Positions 1-12,324 of a DNA stretch of 64,000 nt are shown here, one piece after another. A program made the translations under genes and the position numbers. The notes under the pieces are model-generated. The model made no database searches. It was given only the letters and a program-made list of their open reading frames with translations, and was not told where the DNA came from. Where the stretch lies: NCBI GenBank assembly GCA_043228905.1, contig JBHGNT010000018.1, forward strand, positions 8,184,001 to 8,248,000, in the 5' to 3' direction. Each line of letters begins with the position of its first letter. Position 1 is the first letter of the stretch. This DNA is from Azolla caroliniana. Its lineage: Eukaryota > Plantae > Polypodiophyta.

Positions 1-99
1 TCCTCTTGCTCACAGTGCAAGGAATAAAGGCTTCATCACACAACCGACGTTTGTGCTTCAGAGAATCCAATGCTAGTGTCTTCCTCACTATAGAAGAGT
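1..99 (-). CDS. Downstream exon (runs off window start) of uncharacterised plant protein gene
   Basis: Acceptor ttgttttttag at 100-110 on the minus strand. Phase-1 join to exon 468-590 reads (D)SSIVRKTLALDSLKHKRRLCDEAFIPCTVSKR with no stop. Confidence 0.55.
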
Positions 100-467
100 C
101 TAAAAAACAAAATTCATTAGATCAGAAATATTTGAAAGAAGATCCTAAAAATGGAGACATTTGATCATGATCATTTCATTTATTCCACAATTGGTCCTCT
201 CAGGAACTAGCTGAAATACTCTTTAACAAAAAATAATTTAAATAACATATAATATATAGAACACATGGTGATATAATTGCTTTTGAAGACCTCTTAGAAA
301 ACCCCATGGAGAAACATAGATATAGCAGACATAAGGGCCTTCTACCTCCACTCTAGTTCATATCTTGACGATAGTCAAGATTTCAATGATAATTGAGGTT
401 AAGAAGAAGAAATCAGATGATTACTCATCAATCACTAGGTCTCTCTCTAAAACCAGTATGAAAATAC

Positions 468-590
468 CTGAGCAATTCTCATGCTTTGCTCGTTTTAGTC
501 TCTGAATGTCTTCGTGAACAGTTCCTCGAATCTCAGATTCTGAACAAAGAGCACCTCTACCACAACCTTCGACTCTAGATTCAATAACAT
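468..590 (-). CDS. Internal exon of uncharacterised plant protein gene
   Basis: 123-bp phase-1/phase-1 exon with acceptor ctttgtttgatgtag and donor CAG/gtattt. Reads VIESRVEG...KRAKHENCS, in frame with the flanking exons. Confidence 0.6.
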
Positions 591-809
591 CTACATCAAA
601 CAAAGAACAGTTTTATCAGGAATAGATTGATAAGAGAGGTTTATTAACTACAGATATAATGCCTTCTCTAACATAATTGAGATTTCTTGTTCGATCATTC
701 ATTCTCACAATGCAGGTTTCCTTTCATAAACACTTTCAAAATTCTTTATCACAAACGTATTTTTGCAGTTTATCTGTCAAATATCATGTTAAAAGGAACC
801 GTTTTCTTC

Positions 810-1380
810 CAAAAACCCTAATCATAAAACCCTAATGCATGAAACCTAACTAACATCCACCTCGTCAAATGATGCACTTTTCATCCCAACATCATAAACC
901 TAACCCACCCCAAAAGATAAAAAATTCATCAGATTCTCACGTCAAAACCTTCACAAGCCTAATACCAATACCATAAGAGCTACACACAAAAACCAATACC
1001 ATAAAAACCTGTACAGTCCTGAATAAAACCAATGTCATAAAACCTACCAACCTTATATTCAATGCCATAAGCCCTAACGCGGGATAGAAGAACTTGCTTA
1101 CTCTTATTAGTATTCAAAGAGCTTGCAAACTGAAAGTTTAGCATAGATAGAACCTAAATCCTTGAATTTTAAACAATAAATCCAAAAACTTAGACCTAAA
1201 TCCTAAACTATGTAACTCTAATCCTAAACCATACAAACTATGCTCCAAACTAAGGCCCTAATACGCTATTAAAATTTATACCCTAATAAAGAAAATCTAT
1301 ATCCTATACTCTATTCTCTACTTAAACCATATAACCTCTAATTCTATCCACTGAACTTATATACTATATACAATGTAAAG
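810..1380. repeat. Degenerate telomere-like (AAACCCTA/CCTAAAT) motif-rich tract in intron 1
   Basis: Many aaaccctaa, aacctaa and cctaaatcct variants in a C/A-skewed tract. Confidence 0.5.
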
Positions 1381-1468
1381 GGTTATCCTGAAGCCTGAAC
1401 CATTTCCCCGTTGTCAAAACACATCGCAGAGAAAGATCGAAAGGCAGAGAACTGAGAGGGCCACCCAC

Positions 1469-1814
1469 TCTCTTCTTTTAGCTGAGGTCTTCCATCTACA
1501 GAGACTGGGGAGAGAGCATGTCTTCCAGAGCTGAGGCCTCTGCTATCGAAGTAACAAAGAATCTGCTTCCATGAAAGGTTGGAGATGAAGCATCCATGGC
1601 CGGCGCTGCCGCTGCTGATGTAGTGACCGTTGAGACGAAGAGAGATGGGGTTGAGGGAGAAGAATCCAGCGATAGTGCCCAGGTCAGCTCTGCTCTCAAG
1701 ATCAGCTACATATCTCAGAGATCGACCGGAGAGGGTATGCAGGAAATATATCACAGAAGAAGAAGAAGAAGAAGATGGGGATGATGATGAAGAACAGGCA
1801 GCAGCAACAGTCAT
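1469..1814 (-). CDS. First exon of conserved uncharacterised plant protein (resembles the At3g07150/PTHR39104-type family, from memory)
   Basis: ATG at 1814, poly-Ser, then DLGTIAGFFSLNPISLRLNGHYISSG...LSWKQILCYFDSRGLSSG...VDGR. This matches the recalled family motif DLGSIARxFGLDPxTLKLNGHFISRG...VTWKSLLSFFSxRGLSTG...VDGK. Putative phase-1 donor A/gtgggt at 1468. Confidence 0.7.
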
Positions 1815-1899
1815 CTGCAAATAGTAGCCCACAGAGCTTCTCTTTTCTTTCTAGAACGAACCTGCTCTGTCTTTCTTCATGACATTGACCAGACCAGAC

Positions 1900-2072
1900 C
1901 ATAGCATGCATACATACCATACCATACATACACATACATGATACATACATACATTCCATGCCATACCATACATACCAATGACCATACCATACATACACAT
2001 ACATACATTATACATACATTCCATACATACACATATACATACATACATTATGTATGTGTGTGTATACATATG
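1900..2072. repeat. (CATA)n/(CCATA)n microsatellite upstream of the gene
   Basis: Visible catacatac/cataccatac arrays. Confidence 0.85.
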
Positions 2073-3473
2073 TAGGTTGGTATAGGAATATGTTGTAAAG
2101 CCATTAGAAAGCCTCAATATCCATTCGAGGGAATGATCTCCAATGCTGATACCATCGAACATGAAAGAATTATGTGTATTCCAAATGCCCAATCTAATAT
2201 TGTAAGCGTTAGAACAAGATCTCTAGCTCATCGTTTGGACCGTTTTGAACATATTGATCGCCAAATTTGTGGTAAAGTACTTACTTCCACATGCTATGAG
2301 CTATAGTGCATTTAATGGAATGATGCAAAAGAAGCATGCACCTGACCCTAGTCCTTGTTTCCTTAATTAAGGCTAACCTCACGGGAGTCCACCAATCATG
2401 ATTTCCATATGAATACCTTTGCACGAAATGGCAAATGGGAATGCCAACCATGTTGTAGTATTTGCCACCACCTTGTGTTTTTGGGCTTTGGAGGGTTTCA
2501 GTGTTTCTTAGTTGCCTTACATACATTCCCCCACCTTTTTTTGCTTTAGGTGTTAGCCAAGACAATGATACCATTGCATGATGGTACAACATATTTGTAT
2601 TGACTTTGTAACAAGTTGTGTACCATCCTTTAATTGCCAATCCACCCAAGAACCACCATCTATCATAAATGCAAAAATGGTATATCTTGTAATTTCTCCC
2701 AAATAAATCCTTTGGGGGAATACATAGCCATAGTTTAGCATCTTCAAATTTCGACAAACTTTTTTTTTTTCCAAAAAAAAACTCTTTCCATTAGTTATAA
2801 AATTTTACAAAAGAGGCGATTATGTACAAATCCCTAAAGGGACGCGATAGTTCCATCTAATGTGGAAGCCCACTGACTCAAGAAAGGGAGAGGACGACCA
2901 TTGTTGGATGAAGGCTATGCGTTGTCTTTCAACTCCCTCGGAGCCACCTTTAAGTATCAACCACATCCCCTAATTTTATAATCCCCAATCCAAACCAACG
3001 ATTGAATTGTTATCTCAACTTCTCTTTCCATTCCAATGCAACAACTAGGAAGAATATAAACAATTTATTTTGTGATGAATTACAAATATCTCAATTATGT
3101 GATGGCGCCCTCCTAAAAATAGATAAGGTGTCAGTTTATCCCCAAACATGTTCGTAGAGTGCCCATTTTGTGACGACACGAGGAGTTGGCATTGTACAAC
3201 CCAACCATATGTGTCGACGAGGTGTCAATGTGGAAACCGTAAATGAGTAGGATAGGATGTATTTAGGAAAGATGGAAGTAGGATAATGGGATTGATTAGT
3301 CACTTCGACTAGAAGAATATTCTTGGTTGGTCAGCTAAGATGTACTTAATCTTGAAGTATGTGCCATTATTGACTCTAAGATATCCACTCTTTTTCTCTT
3401 ACATAACTATTGTGATGATTATTGGTGTCAACTAACTTTGTAATTGACTATTTAGCTAGCTAGGTAGATAGAT

Positions 3474-4570
3474 CTATATTTTTGAATGTGCATAATGAGG
3501 CCAATATTGACCCATGGGACCCAAGTACAAAAGTTTTCGTGGTGTGTGTGTCCTTCCTAAGAAGGGATATTCATACTTCGAAGTACCAAGTCTCGATGTG
3601 TGAATAAGACATACACATGAGCTCAACCTTGTAGGTATTCTCTTTAGCGCGACATTCAAGTAATCACCCCCTCTTAATATATAATCATAGCTTTCTTGAA
3701 TTGCACTATATGCATAGCATGTAAAAAGCAAGTGATACTCATCCTCTACTAGCCACTCCTTCCATACCTTATATGACTTTGTATTTGGTTGATTTTGATG
3801 CCATAATGCAACTTTAATACCTAGGTTGTGTGGTTGAGTGTGAAGGAGTGATGGGGCTCTATGAGAGTTAATACTCATGTTAGTAATGAGGTAAGGTTGA
3901 ATATGGTCAATAGGTCTCCTTGCCTTATATAGAGCAAAACATTCAAGATTGATGTTTGCAATGTAATATTCTAAATTTGTCCTTTTAGCCATCTTTCGAC
4001 TTCTTCTTTAGTGGTTCCATTAATCTTTACTAAATAACTACATATTTTATAATGTCACTTGAAAGCTCTAAGAGATCTTCCACATCCCATCTTTTGAATC
4101 ACTTTTTGATGTCAACTACCCAACAAGATGAGAGAATTTTTCTATTATCATTCTTTTGTAGTTTACATCCAACATTCCAAGCAAGATGTGGTAATCTATG
4201 ATTTGGCCTATTCTTAACTTTTGTAATGTGTCTCTATAATCTTTGTAGCACCAATATCTGTATAGGCTGAACAATTGCTTCCATGAGCATAACTTGATAG
4301 GAGATGGATTTAACTCTCAATTGTCTCCTTAAAAACATCTTTTGAATCTTCTCAATCTTATTCCATGCATTAAGAGAGATAGTATCTCCCTACTACTCCA
4401 TAAAGCAAAAATTGTGTTACCATGGCATTAAATAACATTAGTTTCACTTCCCATTCATGAGTATCATGCTGGTTGCATTTATTTTCCAACATATAATAAC
4501 TTTTCCAATTAGCTTGAAGTCTAGACTCAAAGCATGTTCTCCATTTATTTGTGGCAAGTACATTGTAAAG
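3474..4570 (-). mobile_element. Degenerate non-LTR retrotransposon (LINE) 3' fragment
   Basis: KLMLFNAMVTQFLLYGV (post-RT region) and VEDEYHLLFTCYAYSAI (C-terminal Cys/His motif), with many stops. Confidence 0.65.
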
Positions 4571-4599
4571 AATCGAATGTGATTCTATGTGGCGAAATA

Positions 4600-5710
4600 G
4601 ATTAGAGGTGTGGTAATGCACCTCAATGAGCTTCGTTTGAGCATGGAAGACCGAGTTTCGAGCAAGATGAATATTGTAGAGATTGTCGCAGTAGAGCAAG
4701 ATTGGATCGTTGATAAAGACGTCTAGATCCTTCAATATCCTCTTGAGCCATATGGCTTCACATGCAACAACAACTGCACCCCTGTATTCTGCCTCTGTAC
4801 TAGATAAGGCGATGGTTGGCTTCTTTTTGTTGCTCCATGATATGGCTCCACTACCGATTTAAAATATGAAGCCCGAAGTCGATTGTCGATCGGTTTTGTA
4901 GCCGAACCAATAAGCATCTGTATACCCTTCGAGTCGAATTTGCATTGTTGACTTATAGAGAATGCTGTAGTTCATTATTCCACTCACATATTGTAACACG
5001 CGCTTAGCACAATCTAAATGTATATCACGTGGAGTTTGCATGAATTGACTAAGGAGGCCGACCAGATAGCTGAGGTCAGGTTGAGTGATCATGAGGTAGA
5101 TAAGACTTCCGACAAGTTGTTGATAGTGTGTCGGCTCACACTCTCTAGTGTCGGAGTCAGCATCCAGTTTGAGGTTTCGATCAAGAGGGGTAGCGACGGG
5201 ATTACACTTTGTCATCCCAAACTTGAAGAGCAAATTGAGGATATAGTGTCGTTGGGAGATCATGATGCCATCAGAGGTTTGAATTACTTCAGTGCCGAGG
5301 AAGTAATGATGCTCTTTCATGCTCGTCTTCTCAAATTTGCCTGAGAGGAGGGACTTGACCTTGTTGATGTCGACTAGCTGCTCATTGCCAATTACAAGAT
5401 CATCCACATATAGAATGATGAAGATCAGACTTCTAGAATTGCTTTTCACATAGAGAAAGTTGCCAGACTTGGACATTCTGAAGCCGATTCGATGAAGATA
5501 TTGAGTGATCTTGGAATGCCAAACCCGTGGCGCTTACTTAAGGCTGTAGAGTGGCTTCTTTAGTTGTCATACTTCTGTTGGATGTGTGCTTGATTTGAAG
5601 CCTAGTGGTTGTACCATGCCCACCTCCTCTTCTAATTCGCCTTGAAAAAAGACGTTCTTAACATCCGTTTGATGGAGATGCCACCCTTTTGCTGCTGCAA
5701 GTGAAATCAT
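4600..5710 (-). mobile_element. Old Ty1/copia RT-RNase H fragment
   Basis: LYVDDL, GYTDAYW and VFHAQTKLIEVHYH motifs; frameshifted and truncated. Confidence 0.85.
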
Positions 5711-6767
5711 TGTCAAAGTTAATATGCGGAAGCTTTGACAAACCAGTTTATCCGGATAGCAACAGAAAACAAAGACAAGGTTTAATGGAAGCTTGAATCA
5801 CAGAGGTAGAGAGTGGGAGAGAGACAGAGAGAGAAAAATAGTAAACTCAATTCAAAATAACAACACTCTATATATACAAATGTCCTATAGAAAACGTTTT
5901 ACACAAGTCCTTAAAAGGATTGACAGAAGTACTGACATGTACTTTAATGCTCATACAAGCGACTGACACTAACTCCAAGGAATCTGCCTACGTACTAGGC
6001 TAAGATTGTAGACCTCTAACGGCCTACCAGTTACAATCCGATTCGTCTCTTCGATCCAGCTCTTGTTCCGGATACCTACCCGGTTCTCCGTTTAGGATAC
6101 CGATCCAGCTCTGGGTTATTCAACCGATCCGGATCCGGTTGAGCTTGTCCGCTCAACACTCCCCCTCAAGCTCAACTTGAGTTCAGATCGTAGTGTTAGT
6201 GTTTGTGTCTGCCGGTCCTTTCCTTTGGCTCCACCTGGCGTCCTCCCGCCTAGCTTGCGCTCCTCATTTGGTCATGTCATGCTCTCCTCGACCCGTCCGG
6301 TTCCGCACTGCTCAACCTTCTCGATCGGCTTGTTTGCTCCTTGTCCGCTTGGCCCATTGTAGATTCGGCTCCTCCGAATCAAGCACATCTTCCGAATCGG
6401 GTGCCTCCAATTCGTTCTAGCTCTTGTCTGCATTGGCTGTCTCAAATTCATCCTCGATCTCCAGACCCTTCACCACGTCGGACCACGTTTGGGGCTTGGT
6501 CTTTCTGGCTTTTCCTTCCCCTTTTTCGGTTGGCTCCCGCTTGGCATCCAGTCTTGGCTTTCTCGGTCGTCCCGTGCACTCCAACTTCTTCAATCAATCG
6601 AAATCGGTTTCCGAGTCGGCTTTTCAGTCGTCTTTCTCTTTCCTCCTTTCATTCCTCCCCCCCAAGTTCAGCATATCGAGGTACTGCACACCCATTGCAC
6701 CAGAAAATTGCCGCAACTTGTCCAAGCCGAGGGTTTTGGTGAAGATATCAGCCACTTGCCGCCGAGG

Positions 6768-7495
6768 CCGAATACGGATGTGGAGTACCCGGCAACGGAA
6801 GACCTGGTGAGAATCGGATGTGGAGTTCCCAGCAACGGAAGACCCGGTGAGAACCGGATGTGGAGTTCCCGGCAACGGAAGATCCAGTGAGAATCGGATG
6901 ACGAGTACCCGGAAACGGAAGACCCAGTGAGAACCGGATGACGAGTACCCGACAAGGAAGACCCAGTGAGAACCGGATGTTGCAGGCCCGGTGAGAACCT
7001 CTCATCGGATGGAAGGGACATATATGTAAATATGTTCCAGAGAGCCCACTGGGGCTATATTTGTAAATAGCCTGAAAGTCATATTAGTATAAATATGACC
7101 TAGGGCAAACTTAATAGTATGAGGTAGTAGTTGGTTGTGCGATTATCGTTGTTGCGATAATTCTGTGCGTAACTATGTACAGAGAGAGAGAGAGAGAGAG
7201 GACAAGAGAGGAAGAGGTTGTTGCCTCTGTTGTAACCGCCTGGTGGCGAAGCGACGGAGCAAGAGGTCGTTGCCTCTGTGCCCCATTGTTGTAATCTTGA
7301 TATAGTGATATTTTGCAGTCTGAGGGCTGCCGTGGTTTTTCCCATATTTGGGTTTTCCACGTTAACATCCAATGCACTCTCTTCTCTATTGTTTCATGTG
7401 TAGATACATCTGTCTACATCCCTGTTTTCTGTGATTGATCCGGCGTCTCGGTTGCGGCTGAGCATAGCTTAGAGAAGCGTATTCCTATCATAACA
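6768..7495 (+). mobile_element. LTR of a second family ('B'), 5'-truncated, inside copia A1
   Basis: Shares ggctatatttgtaaatagcc, gtataaatatgac..gggca, (GA)n and gggttttccacgt blocks with 61304-61834 and 30499-49557. Ends ...taaca. Confidence 0.7.
6770..6998. repeat. ~40-bp tandem repeat (about 6 units) in family B LTR
   Basis: Unit approximately gagaaccggatgtggagttcccggcaacggaagacccggt. Confidence 0.9.
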
Positions 7496-7945
7496 TACCT
7501 GAGTATTCGGTACGCACACTGAAGGTGCTCCACAATCGAATGCGCCATGAATCGACTAATCAATCCGACCGGATAGCTGAGATCTGGCCGGTTGATGGTC
7601 AGATATATGAGGTTTTTGACTATCTGTCAGAACATTTTCGGGTCGCATGCTGTTCCGGAGTTGGGGCAAAGCTTCACATTCCGGTCCAGAGGAGTCGAGA
7701 TGGATTTGCATTTCGTCATGCCGAATTTGAAGAGCATACTCAGCACATAATGACGCTGGCTGATCAGTATGCGTTCGAGGTTGCGGATCACGTCGATCTC
7801 GAGGAAGTAATGAAGGTCATCGAGATCCTTCATTTCGAATGATGCCGCGAGTTGGGATTTCATGCGATGGATTTCATCCATATCGGCATTGACGATGACA
7901 AGATCATCCACATAGAGCAATATGCTCACCAGTATGTTCCGACCA

Positions 7946-9559
7946 TCACAATCAACCAACTCCTTTATCGATAGATCATTTAATATTCCATAAAGTACTA
8001 CCTTCTTGTCTTCATTGCTGATGTACTTGGTTTGAACATTGAAATAGTCTACAACCTTTCTCTCTATGATAGTAGTCGCATTACTTCCATTCTTAGTGAT
8101 ATTTAAACCTATATCGCAACCAATACTATCTTTACCTTTAGTGAGTGTGGCTTTCGTATCCTTCAACAATTGATGATGTTTTCTTTTTTCTTCTGCCCAA
8201 TACTTTCGTATCGCTTGTTGTGTACTGATTGCGTCATCCCTATCCTGATGATCATTGAGGGGTAATTCTAAACACCCTACTTCCCCTTCCATTTGGCTTG
8301 ACGGGTTTAAACCCTAATTTTCCCCCAAAAAAGACACATATTAAAGATGGCTATGGGCAACAACAATACACAAAAATATTCCGCAATACACAAGATTATA
8401 CACAACAATACACAAGATTATCAATAGACAGAATAGTTATGGAAATCTAAGACCGAACAATGGTTGTAATCTAGGGCTGAATAGTGGCGGCAACTGAGTG
8501 TAGAATGGCGGCAGTGGAGGAGTGAACTCCTTTTGATCGAACAATTTTGGCAATCCAGGACCTAACAATGGCGGCAACTGAGTGTAGAATGATGGCAATG
8601 GAGGAGTGAATTCCATCGGATTGAACTGTGGCAGATGATGCTTGGAACGCACAGTGACGACAACTCAGAGTAGAATGGCAGCAGTGGAGGAGTGAACTCC
8701 TTCGGATCGAAAAGTGGCAGCAATACACGACCGAACAATAGCAGCAACTAAGTGTAGAATGATGGCAATGGATGAGTGAACTCCGTCAAATCAAAAAGTG
8801 GCAGCAATCCAGGACTGAATAGTAGCGGCAACTGAGTGTAGAATGATGGCAATGGAGGAGTGAACTCTGTCAGATCGAACAGTGGCAGATGATGCTTGGA
8901 ACGCACAGTGACGACAACTGAGAGTAGAATGGCGGTACTGGAGATGGAATTAACTCCGTCGGATCAAAAAGTGGCAGTAATATACGACCTTCACAGTAGC
9001 GGCAACTGAGTGTAGAGTGGCGGCAATGGAGGAGTGAACTTGGCAGATGATGCTTGGATTGAACAGTGGTGGCAACTGAGTGTAGAATGGCGGCAATGGA
9101 GGAGTGAACTCCATCGACAATGGAGGAGTAAATTGCATCGGATCGAACAATGGCAGATGATACTTGGACCGCACAATGCCGGTAATTGTGTGTAGAATGG
9201 AGGCAATGGAGGAGTGGACTCAATAGGGTTTAGCAATAGTGGTAGTAATCTAAGCCAGAACAGTCAACCAGAGATGGCCCACGTGATGTGGCAAAGGATC
9301 ATGCATAATGGACCTAGGAATTCAATATATAATTTATGGTGCACATATAAATTTATGTTGCACGTTTATGTTGCACATTTATGGTGCTCATTTATATAAT
9401 TAAAACTCTCTACTATTTTCAAGGGTACCTTTTTGCATAGCTAATTTATCAATGGTAGCTTTTTGCAAAAATGACTATTTATCAATGGTAGCTTTTTGCA
9501 TAGCTAATTAGTTATGTCAAGGACATAGCTAATTGTTTCCACTCGCATGCATTCACCCC
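7946..9559 (-). mobile_element. Non-copia insert, possibly one end of a DNA transposon (Mutator-like)
   Basis: Unrelated to copia. Candidate terminus GGGGTGAATG near 9559, short subterminal repeats 9420-9535, a minisatellite, then a telo-box and an ORF start at 8292. The second end is absent. Confidence 0.35.
8455..9225. repeat. ~80-83-bp minisatellite, about 9-10 degenerate units
   Basis: Recurring caactgagtgtagaatggcggcaatggaggagtgaactcc core. Confidence 0.9.
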
Positions 9560-12324
9560 TTCTTCATTGAGTTTGCCTTGTGCTTCATCACAAAGGCTGG
9601 CCCTTTTCCGGTCTTACCAGTTCCGAATCCTTCCAATCCTTCTGCGTAGTGCGAGCTTTGCAGGTTCCCTTGTCTGGCCTTGCCAGATTTGGATTTATCT
9701 GAATCGGCGCACTTCTTCCAACACTCGCTCTCTTGGTGTCCCTTCTTGCTAGAATACCAACATTTCGTGTCGGCTTTTGATTACCGGTTTCCGGCGCCGC
9801 CTTGACTCCCCCTGCTTGTGGACGGTCAGGAACTGCTGTTGACACCATCTCTGTGCCTCCGATTCTGCTCTTGTCCGTCGTCGCTATTGCGTGCTGACCC
9901 ACCTCGTCCTCCACGCCCACGGGGCCGATCTGTCTCCGTGTACATGGAGTGGTCCTTGACCCACTCGCGTGATTTTCTTCGACCATCAACATAGATTGTA
10001 GGTCGAAGAAGGACGATGGTGCAAATTGCTGTCCGGATTGGCCCGTACCATTGTGCTAGACCAGCGAGGCAGATCTGGACCATCTTGTCCTCGTCCACCG
10101 TCACATTGATGGAACCGAGCGCGTCGCAGATCTCCTTGATCTTGGTGGTGTAGTCGGTGACTGGCATGTCCCATTGCCGGATACTATTGAGCTCTTGAGC
10201 TGCAACTTCCGAGATGTGGTACTTGCGGCGAAAATCTTCCTGAGATTTTCCTAGGCCTCTTTTGGTGTTTTTGCATCCCTAATGTAGCTGAGCATTTGGT
10301 CGTGCACAAAGGACGTGAGATAGTACAATACTCGACTCTCTCCTTGTTCCCGTACCAGGAAGTCTGTGTGTGCCGAATCTGGCGCTGCTACATTTGCTCC
10401 TTCCACGTAGCTCCAGTATCCGTGCCCCAGTAGGTACTGGTGCATTTTATACGACCACGATGCATAATTGCTCCAGACGAGCTTTTCAGTTGGAAGCAAG
10501 CTCGCCATACTTCTGTGAATATTTTCCTTCTTTTCGGTCTGTGTTTTTTCGGAAGTTAGGGTTTGTCTTTGGAAATCACTTGTCGGCAGTAGAGGTTCTC
10601 AATCTTTGCGCTCTGATACCATGTCAAAGTTAATATGCGGAATCTTTGACAAACTAGTTTGTTCGGATAGTAATAGAAAACAGAGACAAGGTTTAATGGA
10701 AGCTTGAATCATAGAGACAAATAGAGCAGAACAGTAAACTAAATTCAAAATAATAACACTCTATGTATACAAATGTCCTACAGAACACTTTTTATACAAG
10801 TCCTTAAAAGAACTGACAGAAGTACTTACAAGTACTTCAATGCTCATATGAGCGACTAACACTAACTCCAAGGAAATTGCCTACATACTAGGCTAAGATT
10901 GTAGACCTTTAACAGCCTACCGGTAACAATCCGATCCATCTCTACGATCCGGGTCTTGGTTCCGGATATTGATCCGGATACCTACCCGGTTCTCCATTCC
11001 GGATATCGATCCGGCTCTGGCTTATTCAGCCGATCCGGATCTGGTTGAGCTTGTCCACTCAACAATATTTATATGAGGATAAGTTATTGTTATATCATAA
11101 TAATAATTGCAGTTAATCAACCGACTGTTCGACTTGATTATCCGACCCATAGGTTGACAATCTAGTTGATTCGACTAGCCGACTCCCATGTTGACTAACT
11201 GGTCGACTCGACTAACAGATCTTGTCGTCGAGCATCCGGTCGGCCTATCCTGCACTTGGTTCATCCAACCAATATAGTCGACTACGAAGTCGACTACTAT
11301 TGAGCGAGCAAGCTCAACGTGGACCGTATCGGTTGAAGAAGTTGAGAGCCGGATCGTATCGATGAGCTAGATCCGTGAGTGGGATCCGTGTGAGCCAGTA
11401 GGCCATTAGAGGCCTATGATCCTAGTCTAGTAGATAGACATATTTTTGGGAGTTAGTGTTAGTAGCTTAGTTATGCGCATTGAAGTACTTGTCAATACTT
11501 CTGACCGTCCTTTATGGACTTCTATAAAAGTTCTCACTAAGCACACTTGTATGCACAAATAGAGTATTATTTTGAAATTGATTCTGATTGTTCTGCTCTC
11601 TTTGTCTCTCCTAAGTTCTCTGCATGTTATCTGAGTTTCCATTAAACCTTCGTTTACTTTCTGTTGCTATCTGGCTGTAACCGGTTGTTTCTTTTAGCTT
11701 CCGCACGGTATTCTTTTCATGGTATCAGAGCGTGAGGGTTGAGAATCCTCTGCTGCCGCAAAGTGCTTAGACAACCAAAACCTAACACCCGGTAAAGAAT
11801 AGAAAGAAGAAGAAGAATGGATAGAAGCATGGCAAGCTCGCGTCCAACGGAAAAGCTCGACAGGGGCAACTATGCATCTCGGCCTTACAAGATGCATCGG
11901 TATCTTCTCAGACACGGATACTAGAGTTATGTGGAAGGAGTTAACGAAGTAGTGCCGGATTCGGCACATAAGGATTTTCTAGCTTGGGAACAAGGAGCGA
12001 GTAGAGTTCTCTACTACTTTGCATCCTGTGTGCACGACCATATGCTAGGATGCATTCGGGATGCAAAGACGCCAAAGGGGGCCTAGGAAAATCTAAAAAA
12101 GATTTTTGCCGCAAGTACAATGACCTAGAAGTTGTAGCTTCGGTAAGAGCTCAACAACATCCAACATAAGGATATGACGGTGACTGACTATACCACGAAG
12201 ATCAAGGAGATCTACGATGCCTTGGGGTCCATCAACGTGACGGTGGCCGAGGACGAAATGGTGCAGATCTGCCTTGGTGGTCTAGCACAGAGGTATGGGC
12301 CGATCTGGACAGCTATTTGCACAT

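Larger units (their letters stand above)
5711..11064 (-). mobile_element. Copia family A copy 1, internally deleted with two insertions; LTRs 5711-6158 and 10622-11064
   Basis: Paired TG..CA LTRs. PBS (tggtatcagagc, tRNA-iMet) abuts 10621 and PPT is at 6159-6167. Gag 9560-10508, RT 7496-7945, RNase H end 6660-6765. Flanks ATCAT/ATATT do not form a clean TSD. Confidence 0.85.

Noticed and set aside
1383-1468. C-terminal part of the 149-aa ORF as coding
   Set aside because: Probably intron after the gtgggt donor, although another donor cannot be excluded.
1702-2192. Cys/Met/Tyr-rich ORFs
   Set aside because: Translations of the CATA microsatellite.
6770-6998. CRISPR array or repeat-protein ORFs
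   Set aside because: Head-to-tail 40-bp units without unique spacers. The unit is not a multiple of 3 and lies inside an LTR.
7627-8292. Novel 221-aa RT fusion protein
   Set aside because: A chance in-frame deletion junction to a partial, mutated copia RT that ends in a premature stop.
8437-9236. Extensin-like proline-rich gene (FTPPLPPFYTQLPP)
   Set aside because: The peptide shifts between frames as unit length varies, which indicates a translated minisatellite.
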